DNA of 64,000 nucleotides from Alphaproteobacteria bacterium (GTDB lineage Bacteria; Pseudomonadota; Alphaproteobacteria; CALKHQ01): NCBI GenBank assembly GCA_965227515.1, contig CBDDFZ010000001.1, positions 3,017,600 to 3,081,599 of the forward strand, read 5' to 3'. Shown piece by piece: positions 1 to 10,701 of this stretch (position 1 is its first letter; each line of letters starts with the position of its first letter). The notes under the pieces were generated by a model. It saw only the letters and a program-made list of their open reading frames with translations, ran no database searches and was not told where the DNA came from. The position numbers and the translations under genes were made by a program.

Positions 1-2
1 GG

Positions 3-347
3 GACTATTGCCTGCCTTGGCTGGAGGCATGTGATGACATGCGGTTTGCCTTGTCCCTGCCGTGGTATATGGGCATCGGCCAGCGGTTTGAGCCGGTGGT
101 GATGGCGTTCATGGTCGGCGATGAGGAACTGGCATCGCGAAAGATCGGGGCATGGCGGCGCATTGCGGAGATGACGGACGAGGAGCTGTTCGAGCGTCGA
201 TACAAAGCCTTGCGACGGACAGTACGCGATGAGAAAAAACGTGCCGCGCGAGCTCGCGCATCGGTTCAACCCTCCAAACAGTCCGGCAAGGAGATTTATG
301 AAATCTTTCAGATCATAGCCGCTCACTTCGGTTGGCAGGATGTATGA
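3..347 (+). CDS. hypothetical protein, C-terminal fragment (5' partial; frame is open to window start)
   Basis: Frame 3 is open from base 3 through the listed ORF 39..347 with no stop. GC is ~56%, lower than the genome. No recognisable domain. Convergent with the large protein ending at 388. Confidence 0.3.
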   Translation, partial: DYCLPWLEACDDMRFALSLPWYMGIGQRFEPVVMAFMVGDEELASRKIGAWRRIAEMTDEELFERRYKALRRTVRDEKKRAARARASVQPSKQSGKEIYEIFQIIAAHFGWQDV

Positions 348-387
348 TCAACGGGCCTTTGCTTCAGTGAACAACGAACTCTAACCA

Positions 388-3300
388 CTACTCATCATCC
401 GCGAGCTCGTGCAGCAACCTGGCGCTGGCCGACATGTTGATCATTATATAGAGGTCGATCACGGTCCATCGGTCGATGTTGAAGTGATAGTGCGCGATGA
501 CATCCCGCCGAATGGCGTCTTTCTGAACATCGGTCAGGCTGGCCCATTTTGGTCGTGACAGGAAATCGTCAAACAGGTCTAGGATTTCGTTTGTCGGGAT
601 ATCTCGCACCCGAATGCGGAAATAGTGGGCGCCTGCAATGATATCTGCGTCCTCGAGTAGTTCATCGATCCGTTCCTGTCGTGCGGTTCGGCTGCCGTCA
701 ACCTTCGTCTCAATGGCGTTGAATACTTGCCGCTCGGCAAGTTCATCACTGAGCATCAGGAGTTCGTAAGCGCCACCGGCGTCGCTGGAAAGGCCGTCGG
801 GTATGCGGGTTATGCCGGTGGTCTCATCGAAGACGCGTTGCTGGCGGACGATTGTGTTGGGCGGCAATTTTCCATCCAGTCGTGCCAAATCCTCAACCGT
901 GATGACATCGATACCCATGTCTTCGAACAACTTGAACAGGTGGTTCTCGCCAGCGGCACCCTTGATGTAGTTGTAGAGTCCGCCAATTCTATTTTGCATC
1001 TCCGGCGTGAACGTGTGCCAAGCCTGTCTGAAGTAGCGTTCGGGCGGGACTTCGCCGAATGGTTCCGTGCCGTGATTGTTCATCCAGTTGATATAAGTCT
1101 TCGCTCGGAATTGTCTGAAGCGTTCTGACCGACTGCCGACGCGAAATACCAGATGCTTTACCGCACGCGGGATGACGACTAGGCCAGTCACCGTTCCTGC
1201 CGCATCCAGCACCGCAAGGAGGCCGTTGCCCGCCGCGGCGGCCCAATCGCCCCGTTCAACTGCATCGGATATCGCTTCTATGTCCTCCGCCAACGCTTCG
1301 GCGGCGCGGGCGTTGCCGATGATCGGCAGCATGTCGAGGACCAGTTCGGTGACGAACTCGGTCGGGAATTCCATGTCCGGGTAGAGCGCCGGCAGCATCA
1401 GCCTGGAGGCTTGGTCCCAATCCAGTTCGCCGGCGTCGATGGCGGCCTGGATTTCCTCCGCCGCCGCGTACACGTCCTCGAGGGCGTCGTAGTTGCCGGC
1501 GCGGGCGAAGGATTCGGTCAGTTCGGCGGCCGCCTGCCACGCGTCGATCTCGCCGGTTTTCCATGCGGCGAAGGTGTCCAAGCGCTCACCGCCGTGGACA
1601 TCGAGCATGATGTCTTCGAGCGTTTCTGTTGGGGCAGAAATGATGGCCGTGCCGTTGCCATCCACGAACGCGGGATACTCGCCTTCAGCCGTCGGTTCAG
1701 CGATGGTGAAGCCAGTCGCGTCTGCGAAGCGGTCGCGCAACTCGTCGGCGCTCATTTGGCCGTGTTCGAGCTGCCGCGCGAACATCGCATGCGCGAACAT
1801 TGGTGACAGCACGACCTGCGCGGCCCCGAGGCCGCGATCGCGCGCCTGTTGCCGATGTTCGACCGCGTCCTCCGGTCGGTTGGCGGCGTTGGCCTTGTTC
1901 AGCAAACCGGAGTGCGTGTCGATGACGCCTTGGACGAAGACATGCATGGGACGCAGCGGGTTATCGTCGTCGTCGAGTTCTTCGACGCGTGCAGCCAGCC
2001 GAGTTCTTGCCTCGGTCCACTGCTCTTGGTTTTCTGCAAACGTGAGCGCAAGGATATCGAGGGCCAGGCCGTGAACGAAGGCGGCTTCGTCTGGTCTGAC
2101 GATGGCGCTGCCGGGCGCGAGGGTCAGGACGCCGCCGTCAATGCCTGCCAGCGCGGCTCCGTTGGCGATGTCCCAGACGACGGTCTCGCCGTTGGCGCTG
2201 TTGGTGACGACGGCGAAGCGGCCTGACGGATCGATCAGGTCGCCTGCGTAGTGCGCACCGTTCTCGTCGGTGATCGGAGTATCGGCGTCTTCGTTCCAGA
2301 GTACGAATGTGCCTGCATCGTCGGCAATGCGCGTGCCCAGGTGATCCGATGGCGCAACGGCCAAGGCGTCCAGGTCGACGGTGTTTGCAATTGGATTGCC
2401 GGCCGTTTCGCCCCCACCATCGCCATCGAACAGGGCGTCGATGTCGCCACCGGTGTCGGCGAGTTGCATGCCGTCGATACGGCTGGCGAGGGACTCGGTG
2501 CCGTCTTCAGAATCGGAATCCGCGTTCGGACCGGAGGCCGCGCTCGGCCCCCAGAGCTGGGAGGCGAGGGCGGGGTTTTCGAGCGCTTCGACGAAGCGGT
2601 TGACGAGGGTGCGGCCCTGGTCGGTGACCTCCTCGATGGCGCGGGCGTTGCCCCAGAAGCGCGCCGGCATCATGTCGCTGGCAATGCGGGGAATGAGGTC
2701 GTTGATGAGATCGCGGAAGGCGTGCAGCGGGTGCTCCGGGTCTTGCGCCGCCGTGTGCAAAGACTGGGCGGCGTGCACGGCACCGGGGCTGCCGTGTAAT
2801 GGCGCGTTGGCGATGGCGTCGACCTCGACCGCGGCACCAATGAGGGAGGCGATGCGCGCCGGGTTCAGCTCCGGGATCTTCAGCAGCGCGGGGTCGATGG
2901 CGACGGCGTCGCCCTCCAGCGTCGGCCAATAGTCGGCGGCGTCGACATCCCACAGGATGACCTCGCCGGTCGCGGTGTCGCGGGCGAGGCCGAAGGGCGG
3001 CGGGTTGACCCCAGTGCCGTGCTCCAGGCCGCGCGGGGTGGGCGCAGTCGACCGGTTGGCGGGGGCGGCAACGACGATGTAATGGCCGCCGTCGGGCGAA
3101 GCGACCGGCTTGTTGGCGTCCTCGTCCCAGGCCAGCATGGGGTTGGAGCGGGCGATACCGGCACCGATGGGTCGAAGGCCCGGGGTAGTGCGGGCATCGT
3201 AGTGCGGCAGCAGTTGCCACTGCGCGGCGGATTGCGCCCAGCGCGCGGCATCGCTGGGCGGGATCGTCACGTCGGGGTCGAACAGCACGCTGGCGCCGGC

Positions 3301-3558
3301 GACCCGTCCATTGCCGTCGACCAGACGCTGGGCGGCGGGCCTGTTGGGTGTCGTAGGCCGGTCTGACCCCTCGTCCGGTGCTGGAGGTTCAGCCCGCTCC
3401 TGCGCTTCCGGCGTGTCAGGAGATTGGGACGAAGGCTTGGGCGGTTCGGCGGCGTCAAGCGTCTCGGTCGCCGGCGGCGCGGAAGCTGCGACACTGGCGC
3501 GCGGCGGCCGGGGCGTAGCGGGTGTTGGAGGCTGCTCAGGCGCATCCGCAGGGGGCAC
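388..3558 (-). CDS. large hypothetical protein: Pro/Ala-rich N-terminus, beta-propeller-like W-D repeat region, helical middle, compositionally distinct C-terminal domain
   Basis: 1056-aa ORF with a GTG start at 3558. Repeated motifs are GE(T/V)(V/I)LWD..., VVWDIANG and HY(A/I)..D. The last ~300 aa (388-1300) are encoded at clearly lower GC (~53-55%) than the rest (~70%). The frame stays open upstream right up to the IS boundary at 3591, which suggests the 5' end is truncated by the IS. Confidence 0.6.
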   Translation of the reverse strand: MPPADAPEQPPTPATPRPPRASVAASAPPATETLDAAEPPKPSSQSPDTPEAQERAEPPAPDEGSDRPTTPNRPAAQRLVDGNGRVAGASVLFDPDVTIPPSDAARWAQSAAQWQLLPHYDARTTPGLRPIGAGIARSNPMLAWDEDANKPVASPDGGHYIVVAAPANRSTAPTPRGLEHGTGVNPPPFGLARDTATGEVILWDVDAADYWPTLEGDAVAIDPALLKIPELNPARIASLIGAAVEVDAIANAPLHGSPGAVHAAQSLHTAAQDPEHPLHAFRDLINDLIPRIASDMMPARFWGNARAIEEVTDQGRTLVNRFVEALENPALASQLWGPSAASGPNADSDSEDGTESLASRIDGMQLADTGGDIDALFDGDGGGETAGNPIANTVDLDALAVAPSDHLGTRIADDAGTFVLWNEDADTPITDENGAHYAGDLIDPSGRFAVVTNSANGETVVWDIANGAALAGIDGGVLTLAPGSAIVRPDEAAFVHGLALDILALTFAENQEQWTEARTRLAARVEELDDDDNPLRPMHVFVQGVIDTHSGLLNKANAANRPEDAVEHRQQARDRGLGAAQVVLSPMFAHAMFARQLEHGQMSADELRDRFADATGFTIAEPTAEGEYPAFVDGNGTAIISAPTETLEDIMLDVHGGERLDTFAAWKTGEIDAWQAAAELTESFARAGNYDALEDVYAAAEEIQAAIDAGELDWDQASRLMLPALYPDMEFPTEFVTELVLDMLPIIGNARAAEALAEDIEAISDAVERGDWAAAAGNGLLAVLDAAGTVTGLVVIPRAVKHLVFRVGSRSERFRQFRAKTYINWMNNHGTEPFGEVPPERYFRQAWHTFTPEMQNRIGGLYNYIKGAAGENHLFKLFEDMGIDVITVEDLARLDGKLPPNTIVRQQRVFDETTGITRIPDGLSSDAGGAYELLMLSDELAERQVFNAIETKVDGSRTARQERIDELLEDADIIAGAHYFRIRVRDIPTNEILDLFDDFLSRPKWASLTDVQKDAIRRDVIAHYHFNIDRWTVIDLYIMINMSASARLLHELADDE

Positions 3559-3603
3559 CGGCGCATAGGTGATTGCGGTTGACGCTCTAGGGCCTGTTGA
3601 GAT

Positions 3604-3990
3604 TCATCGCGAGTTTATGACAGCTGCTGCGAGATGGATGATGGCGTTGAAGCTTGTGTCGGTTTTGTCTGCACGCATGGCGATTCGCTTGAACTCTTTG
3701 AGTTTGCAGAAGAAGTTTTCGATCAGATGACGCCATTTGTACATCTCGGCGTCGATTTGCAGCGGGCTGGCGCGGCGCGGATGCTGGGATATGACGATCT
3801 TGGCACCGCGCTCGTTGAGGTCAGCAACGATGGCGCTGGTGTCGAACGCTTTGTCCGCGATCATCGCCTTGAAGGAGAGTCCGTCGATGAGCGGCGGCAC
3901 GCCAACCGTATCGTAGCGATGGCCGGGCAGGAGCACGAAACGCACCAGATTGCCAAGCGCATCACACAGCGCGAGGATCTTCGTCGTCAT
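3604..3990 (-). CDS. IS5-family transposase OrfB (DDE catalytic part)
   Basis: KILALCDALGNLVRFVLLPGHRYD...IADKAFD...YKWRHLIENFF is characteristic of the DDE_Tnp_1 C-terminal region. Confidence 0.8.
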   Translation of the reverse strand: MTTKILALCDALGNLVRFVLLPGHRYDTVGVPPLIDGLSFKAMIADKAFDTSAIVADLNERGAKIVISQHPRRASPLQIDAEMYKWRHLIENFFCKLKEFKRIAMRADKTDTSFNAIIHLAAAVINSR

Positions 3991-4355
3991 CCCGCCCTTG
4001 GAGCGGCCGATGGCCTGGCTTTGAGTCCCCCTTTTGCGCCCTGGCCGTGGCGGTGCACCTTGACAATGGTGGCATCAACCATGGCGTATTCCATGTCCGG
4101 CTCGTCCAAGCAGGCCTCGAACAGCCGCACGAAGACGTCTGCTTTGACCCAGTCGCGGTATCGCTTAAAGACCGTGTTCCAAGGGCCAAAAGATGTCGGG
4201 AGATCACGCCACGGGCTGCCCGTACGCACCACCCACAGCACGGCTTCGACAAAGCGCCGGTTGTCAGCGCCACTGCGGCCCGGATCGCTCGGCTTGCCCA
4301 AGCAATGGGGTTCCATCTTCGCCCATTGGGCGTCACTCAGTACGAATCGTTCCAT
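3987..4355 (-). CDS. IS5-family transposase OrfA (N-terminal part; probably fused to OrfB by a -1 frameshift)
   Basis: MERFVLSDAQWAKMEPHCLGKP...SPWRDLP...RYRDW motif typical of IS427/IS1031-group OrfA. Overlaps orfB by 4 nt. Confidence 0.8.
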   Translation of the reverse strand: MERFVLSDAQWAKMEPHCLGKPSDPGRSGADNRRFVEAVLWVVRTGSPWRDLPTSFGPWNTVFKRYRDWVKADVFVRLFEACLDEPDMEYAMVDATIVKVHRHGQGAKGGLKARPSAAPRAG

Positions 4356-5115
4356 CCGAAGCTTGAATCACAACCAAGCACGGAGAGGAATCCTGAATCT
4401 CAACAGGCCTTAGACGAGGCCTTCGTGCGCACCGTCGAACGCCATAGCGGTGCTGCGGGGATGCCCCATCGGTCGAGCGCTGCGTTGGCGGCATCGACCG
4501 CCTTGCCTGCCAGCGAGGTCGGTTCGGACTTGCCGGTGCGCTTGAGGTTCCGGCTGGACCGTTTTTGATCGTCTTGTGTATCGATACTGCCGGACGGCGG
4601 GGTGACCGCGGAGGGGCGGGTGCGCGCACGAGAGGGCGCCGAGGCCTGGTCGTGCGTCGTCGCCGCCTCATGGCTCAGCGACGTCACCGACCGGCGTGTT
4701 CTCCGCGTGCGCTGGCCGCTGGACGGCACTTGACTGGCGGTCGCGCCGCTGGATCGCGTGCGTCCGACATAGTTTTCGCTGTCGTCGTCGGCCTGGTCGA
4801 TCCGGACCGTGGTGCCGACCCGGTCTGGCCGTCGGCTGAGGTTGGAGAGCGCGAAAGGAAGTCTGGCCATGACGGGGGATCCATATAATGTTCGTGATAT
4901 GTTTACTAATAATACCTATGATTGTCAATCTTGTTCGTTACTCTCGCCTATGTATGTGTGCGGCGACATGTTGAAGGCGACGGTTCGTATCGCGATCTGG
5001 CCGTGGCGCGTGCCACCTCGTATCTTGGGGTCCGTATCTTGGGCCCCGTATCATGCGGCTGGTATCATGCGGACTGCCGCCTACTGGCCGACCCGAACCG
5101 AAACGAGGACGTTCG

Positions 5116-6288
5116 ATGCTGCCCAATGCCCTGCCCGCGTTGAACTTCGCCCTGGGGGAGGCGGCCGACCTGTTGCGCGACAGCGTGGCGAGCTTCGCGT
5201 CCGACCGCATCGCGCCGCGCGCGGCGGAAATCGACCGCACCAACCAATTCCCGCGCGACCTGTGGCCGGAAATGGGGGCGCTGGGCCTGCACGGCATCAC
5301 GGTGGAGGAAGCGGACGGCGGCGCCGGCATGGGCTATCTGGAGCACGCGGTGGCGATGGAGGAGGTGAGCCGCGCCTCGGCCTCGGTCGGGCTCAGCTAC
5401 GGCGCCCACTCCAACCTCTGCGTCAACCAGATCCGCCGCCACGCGACCCCGGAACAGAAGGCGCGGGTGCTGCCGAAGCTGATCTCCGGCGAGCATGTCG
5501 GCGCGCTGTCGATGAGCGAGGCGGGTGCGGGTTCCGACGTGGTCTCGATGACGTGCCGGGCCACCCGCCGGGGCGACCGTTACGTGCTGAACGGCACCAA
5601 GATGTGGTGCACCAACGGGCCCGAGGCTGACGTGCTGGTGGTCTATGCCAAGACCGATCCGGATGCCGGCAAGCACGGCATCACCGCCTTCCTGGTGGAG
5701 AAGGGGATGGCCGGGTTCTCGACCGCGCAGAAGCTCGACAAGCTCGGCATGCGCGGGTCGGACACGTCGGAGCTGGTGTTCCAGGACTGCGAGGTGCCGG
5801 CAGAGAACGTGCTGGGCCAGGTCGGCGGTGGCGTGGGCGTGTTGATGAGCGGGCTCGACTATGAGCGGGTGGTGCTGGCCGCCGGCCCGCTTGGCATCAT
5901 GCAGGCGTGCATGGACCTGGTGCTGCCTTATGTCCACGAGCGCCAGCAGTTCGGCCGGCCGATCGGCGCGTTCCAACTGATGCAGGCGAAGATTGCCGAT
6001 ATGTACACCACGATGAACGCGGCGCGCGCCTATGTGTACGCGGTCGCCCAGGCCTGCGACCGGGGCGAGACCACGCGCGCCGATGCCGCCGGCGCCATCC
6101 TCTATGCCGCGGAGCGGGCCACCTGGATGGCGCTGGAGGCGGTGCAGGCCCTCGGCGGCAATGGCTACATCAACGAGTTCCCGGCCGGCCGCCTGTTGCG
6201 GGATGCCAAACTCTACGAGATCGGCGCCGGCACGTCGGAGATCAGGCGCATGCTGATCGGCCGCGAGTTGTTCGAGCAGACGGCTTGA
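5116..6288 (+). CDS. ivd: isovaleryl-CoA dehydrogenase (acyl-CoA dehydrogenase family)
   Basis: Full-length ACAD with the IVD-type N-terminus ([11 protein letters not shown]...). ATG 5116 is preceded by GAGGA. First gene of the liu-type cluster. Confidence 0.88.
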   Translation: MLPNALPALNFALGEAADLLRDSVASFASDRIAPRAAEIDRTNQFPRDLWPEMGALGLHGITVEEADGGAGMGYLEHAVAMEEVSRASASVGLSYGAHSNLCVNQIRRHATPEQKARVLPKLISGEHVGALSMSEAGAGSDVVSMTCRATRRGDRYVLNGTKMWCTNGPEADVLVVYAKTDPDAGKHGITAFLVEKGMAGFSTAQKLDKLGMRGSDTSELVFQDCEVPAENVLGQVGGGVGVLMSGLDYERVVLAAGPLGIMQACMDLVLPYVHERQQFGRPIGAFQLMQAKIADMYTTMNAARAYVYAVAQACDRGETTRADAAGAILYAAERATWMALEAVQALGGNGYINEFPAGRLLRDAKLYEIGAGTSEIRRMLIGRELFEQTA

Positions 6289-6300
6289 GGGAGCAGGCGG

Positions 6301-6687
6301 GTGAGGGGTGAACGCATTTCTTCAGGGTCGTCGTTCGAGGAACTGGCCGGCTATGCCCGTGCGGTGGTCGACGGGCCGTGGGTCATGGTCTCCGGCACCA
6401 CCGGGTTCGACTACGCCGCCGGCACCATCGACGACGACGTGGTCGCCCAGACCCGCCAGTGCTTCCGCAACATCGCCACGGCCCTGGATCAGGCGGGCGC
6501 CAGCCTGGACGATCTGGTGCGCATCCGCATCTACTTGGCCGACGCCGCCGATTTCGAGCGGGTGGCGCCGGTGATCGGCGAGCACTGCCGCGCCGCGCGG
6601 CCGGCCAACACCACGGTGATCGCCCAACTTGTCGACCCCCGCATGAAGATCGAGATCGAGGTCACCGCTAGGCGCGGCTCCGATTGA
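6301..6687 (+). CDS. ridA: RidA family protein (YjgF/TdcF-like reactive-intermediate deaminase)
   Basis: 128 aa with typical RidA-fold sequence (SGTTGFDYAAGTIDDD..TRQCFRNIATAL..). GTG start. Confidence 0.75.
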   Translation: MRGERISSGSSFEELAGYARAVVDGPWVMVSGTTGFDYAAGTIDDDVVAQTRQCFRNIATALDQAGASLDDLVRIRIYLADAADFERVAPVIGEHCRAARPANTTVIAQLVDPRMKIEIEVTARRGSD

Positions 6688-6735
6688 CACCGCCTAATTG
6701 ACTTCGGGGCCAATCCCGAGTGCTATGCCCGCACC

Positions 6736-7338
6736 ATGGCCGACCCCATCGACTTTTACTTCGACTTTTCAAGCCCGTACGGATACCTCGCCAGCACCCG
6801 TATCGACGAGGTCGCGGCCCGCCACGGCCGCACCGTGCATTGGCGCCCGATCTTGCTCGGCGCCGTGTTCAAGGTCTCCGGCGCCAGCCCGCTGATCGCC
6901 CAGCCGCTGAAGGGCGACTACGCCCGCCGCGACCTTGCCCGCCATGCAAGGCGCATGGGTGAGGGCTTCCAGTTGCCGGAGCCGTTTCCGTTCGCCGCCA
7001 TCGCCGTCTCGCGCGTGTTCTATTGGCTGGCCGGGGACGATCCGGAACGGGCCGTTGCCTTCGCCAAGGCGGTCTACAACAAGAGCTTCGTCGACGGCGC
7101 CAACATGGCCGATCAGGATCAGGTGCGCGCCACACTGTCCAGCGTGGGCGGGGACTACGATGCCGCCCAGGCGGCCCTCGCCGACCCGGAGGTCAAGAAC
7201 CGGCTGCGCGTGGCGGTGGAGCAGGCCATCGAGATCGGGGTCTGCGGGTCGCCGTACTTCATTGTCGACGGGGAACCGTTCTGGGGCGTCGATCGCCTGC
7301 CCGACCTGGAGGCGTGGCTCGAAACAGGCGGGTGGTAG
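6736..7338 (+). CDS. 2-hydroxychromene-2-carboxylate isomerase family protein (DsbA-like thioredoxin fold)
   Basis: [18 protein letters not shown] ... [19 protein letters not shown] is diagnostic of the HCCA isomerase/DsbA family. Confidence 0.75.
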   Translation: MADPIDFYFDFSSPYGYLASTRIDEVAARHGRTVHWRPILLGAVFKVSGASPLIAQPLKGDYARRDLARHARRMGEGFQLPEPFPFAAIAVSRVFYWLAGDDPERAVAFAKAVYNKSFVDGANMADQDQVRATLSSVGGDYDAAQAALADPEVKNRLRVAVEQAIEIGVCGSPYFIVDGEPFWGVDRLPDLEAWLETGGW

Positions 7339-7345
7339 GCGGCCC

Positions 7346-8938
<1,593 letters not shown>

Positions 8939-8943
8939 CCCTC

Positions 8944-9741
8944 GTGCCAAGCAATCTCGCAAGCGACCGTCTCATAATCGACCGGCGCGCCCACGGGGTG
9001 GTGGAGATCACCCTGAACAGCCCGGCCAACCACAACGCCTTCGACGAGCACATGATCGCGGCGCTGACCGCGGCTTTCGCCGGCCTGGGCGATGCGCGTG
9101 CCGTGCTGCTGCGCGGTGCCGGGAAGAGCTTCTGTGCCGGGGCCGACCTGAACTGGATGCAGCGGATGGCCGCCCTCGACCAAGCGGCGAATGAAGCCGA
9201 TGCCAGGCTGTTCGCGGCGATGCTGCTGACGCTGCGCCAACTGCCGGTGCCGACGGTGGCACTGGTGCACGGGGCCGCGTTCGGCGGCGGGGTCGGGCTG
9301 GCGGCGGCCTGCGATATCGCGATTGCGCATCGTGGCGCGAAGTTCAGCCTGTCGGAGGTGAAGCTCGGCCTGATCCCGGCGGTGATCTCGCCCTACGTGC
9401 TGGGGGCCATCGGCCCTCGCCATGCGCGCCGCCTGATGCTGACCGGCGAGGTGTTCGATGCCGCCACCGCGCTGCGCGTGGGGCTGGTCAGCGAGGTGGC
9501 CGACGACTTGGACGCCGCCCGCGACAGCATCGTCGACCTGCTGCTGCAGGCGGGTCCGGCGGCGCAAGCGGAGGTGAAGACACAGATCGTCGCCATGCAG
9601 GGCCGCACGGTCGATGACGCCACGGCCAGCGACACCGCGCGGCGCATCGCCGAGATCCGGGCGACGCCGGAGGGGCGCGAGGGCGTCAACGCGTTCCTGG
9701 AGCGGCGCCCGCCGGCCTGGCGGCCCAAGAGCGACAGCTAG
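8944..9741 (+). CDS. enoyl-CoA hydratase/isomerase family protein, probably methylglutaconyl-CoA hydratase
   Basis: Crotonase fold (AFCAGADL...GGGVGLAAACDIAIA). GTG 8944 immediately follows the mccB stop. The start codon is uncertain. Confidence 0.8.
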   Translation: MPSNLASDRLIIDRRAHGVVEITLNSPANHNAFDEHMIAALTAAFAGLGDARAVLLRGAGKSFCAGADLNWMQRMAALDQAANEADARLFAAMLLTLRQLPVPTVALVHGAAFGGGVGLAAACDIAIAHRGAKFSLSEVKLGLIPAVISPYVLGAIGPRHARRLMLTGEVFDAATALRVGLVSEVADDLDAARDSIVDLLLQAGPAAQAEVKTQIVAMQGRTVDDATASDTARRIAEIRATPEGREGVNAFLERRPPAWRPKSDS

Positions 9742-9744
9742 ACC

Positions 9745-10701
9745 ATGCCCCGGCGCCTTGACTGGAGCCTGACCGTCTCGATTCTGATCCTGTTCCTGAT
9801 CGCGGTGTCGACGGACTCCCTGTCGCCGGTCGACGAGCCGGCGGAGCGCATTGCCTTCGTGGCGGTCGTCTTCTTCTCCATGGCCGGGTGCATCGCCACC
9901 ATCTATCTCGCGTTCTCCCCGACCCAGCTCTTCACCCTGTCCATCACCGCCTTCCTGTCGCTCTACACCTGCATCTACGGCCTGATCGTCTCGGTCAATT
10001 TCCAGGGCATCGGGTTCTGGCCGCTGCTGGTCGGCTATCCGGTGCCGGTGGCCGCCTTCGTGCTCAGCATCTGGCGGCGGCGCCACCACATCCGCACCGC
10101 CGTGGCCGCGCGCAGCGAGGACATCGGGCCGAATACGCCGATCACCCCGTGGTGGCTGCCGGCCTATGTGGTCGTGGGCATCGCCACCTTCACCATTCCG
10201 TCGTTCGGGTTCGCTGAGAACGAGCTCAACTGGGTGTTCGTGGCCTCCATGGCCGCAATTGCCAGCATCGTCGTGTTCTCCAGCCGCGACAGCATCGTGG
10301 TGCTGCTGTCGACGGGGCGGGTGTTCGAGAACTTGTTCGGCCGGCTCGCCCGCATTGCGGTGCCGACCTTCGCGTTCCTGACCCTCTACCTGATCAACGT
10401 CATCGTGTTCGGCGCGGTCTACAGGCTGCTGGGCCAGTGGGGCAACCAGGCCCATTTTGCCGTCGAGGGCACGCCGCAAACGCTCAGCTTTACCGACAGC
10501 ATCTACTTCTCGGTGGTCACCCTCAGCACTGTCGGCTACGGCTCCATCGTGCCGATCAGCGACACCGCGAAGATGATCGTGGCGGTGCAGATCGTGTTCG
10601 GTGCCGTTCTGGTGCTGGTCGGCCTGTCGGAAATCCTGGCCTACACCCGCGACCGGCGGCATGCCCACGACCACAAGGAAGGGCAGGGGCCCGATGCCTG
10701 A
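9745..10701 (+). CDS. potassium channel family protein (multi-TM N-terminal region plus a pore domain with the TVGYG selectivity filter)
   Basis: YFSVVTLSTVGYGSIVP selectivity-filter signature. Several hydrophobic helices. Its stop overlaps the mccA ATG (ATGCCTGA). Confidence 0.75.
   Translation: MPRRLDWSLTVSILILFLIAVSTDSLSPVDEPAERIAFVAVVFFSMAGCIATIYLAFSPTQLFTLSITAFLSLYTCIYGLIVSVNFQGIGFWPLLVGYPVPVAAFVLSIWRRRHHIRTAVAARSEDIGPNTPITPWWLPAYVVVGIATFTIPSFGFAENELNWVFVASMAAIASIVVFSSRDSIVVLLSTGRVFENLFGRLARIAVPTFAFLTLYLINVIVFGAVYRLLGQWGNQAHFAVEGTPQTLSFTDSIYFSVVTLSTVGYGSIVPISDTAKMIVAVQIVFGAVLVLVGLSEILAYTRDRRHAHDHKEGQGPDA

Larger units (their letters stand above)
3591..4409 (-). mobile_element. IS5-family insertion sequence (IS427/IS1031 group), 819 bp, with two overlapping transposase ORFs
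   Basis: Perfect 16-bp terminal inverted repeats GGCCTGTTGAGATTCA at 3591-3606 and, as reverse complement, at 4394-4409. Flanking TAG/TAG (3588-3590, 4411-4413) is consistent with a 3-bp target duplication. Internal orfA/orfB show typical IS5/IS427 transposase sequence. Confidence 0.85.

Noticed and set aside
5065-5976. 303-aa minus-strand ORF antisense to ivd
   Set aside because: It lies entirely inside a well-supported acyl-CoA dehydrogenase gene. Its Arg/Ala/His-rich composition is typical of high-GC antisense artefacts.
6935-7345. N-terminal 137-aa extension of the track's mccB ORF, overlapping the HCCA-isomerase gene
   Set aside because: The extension is Pro/Arg/Ser low-complexity and overlaps a real gene. 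ATG 7346 right after the isomerase stop gives a normal-length carboxyltransferase.
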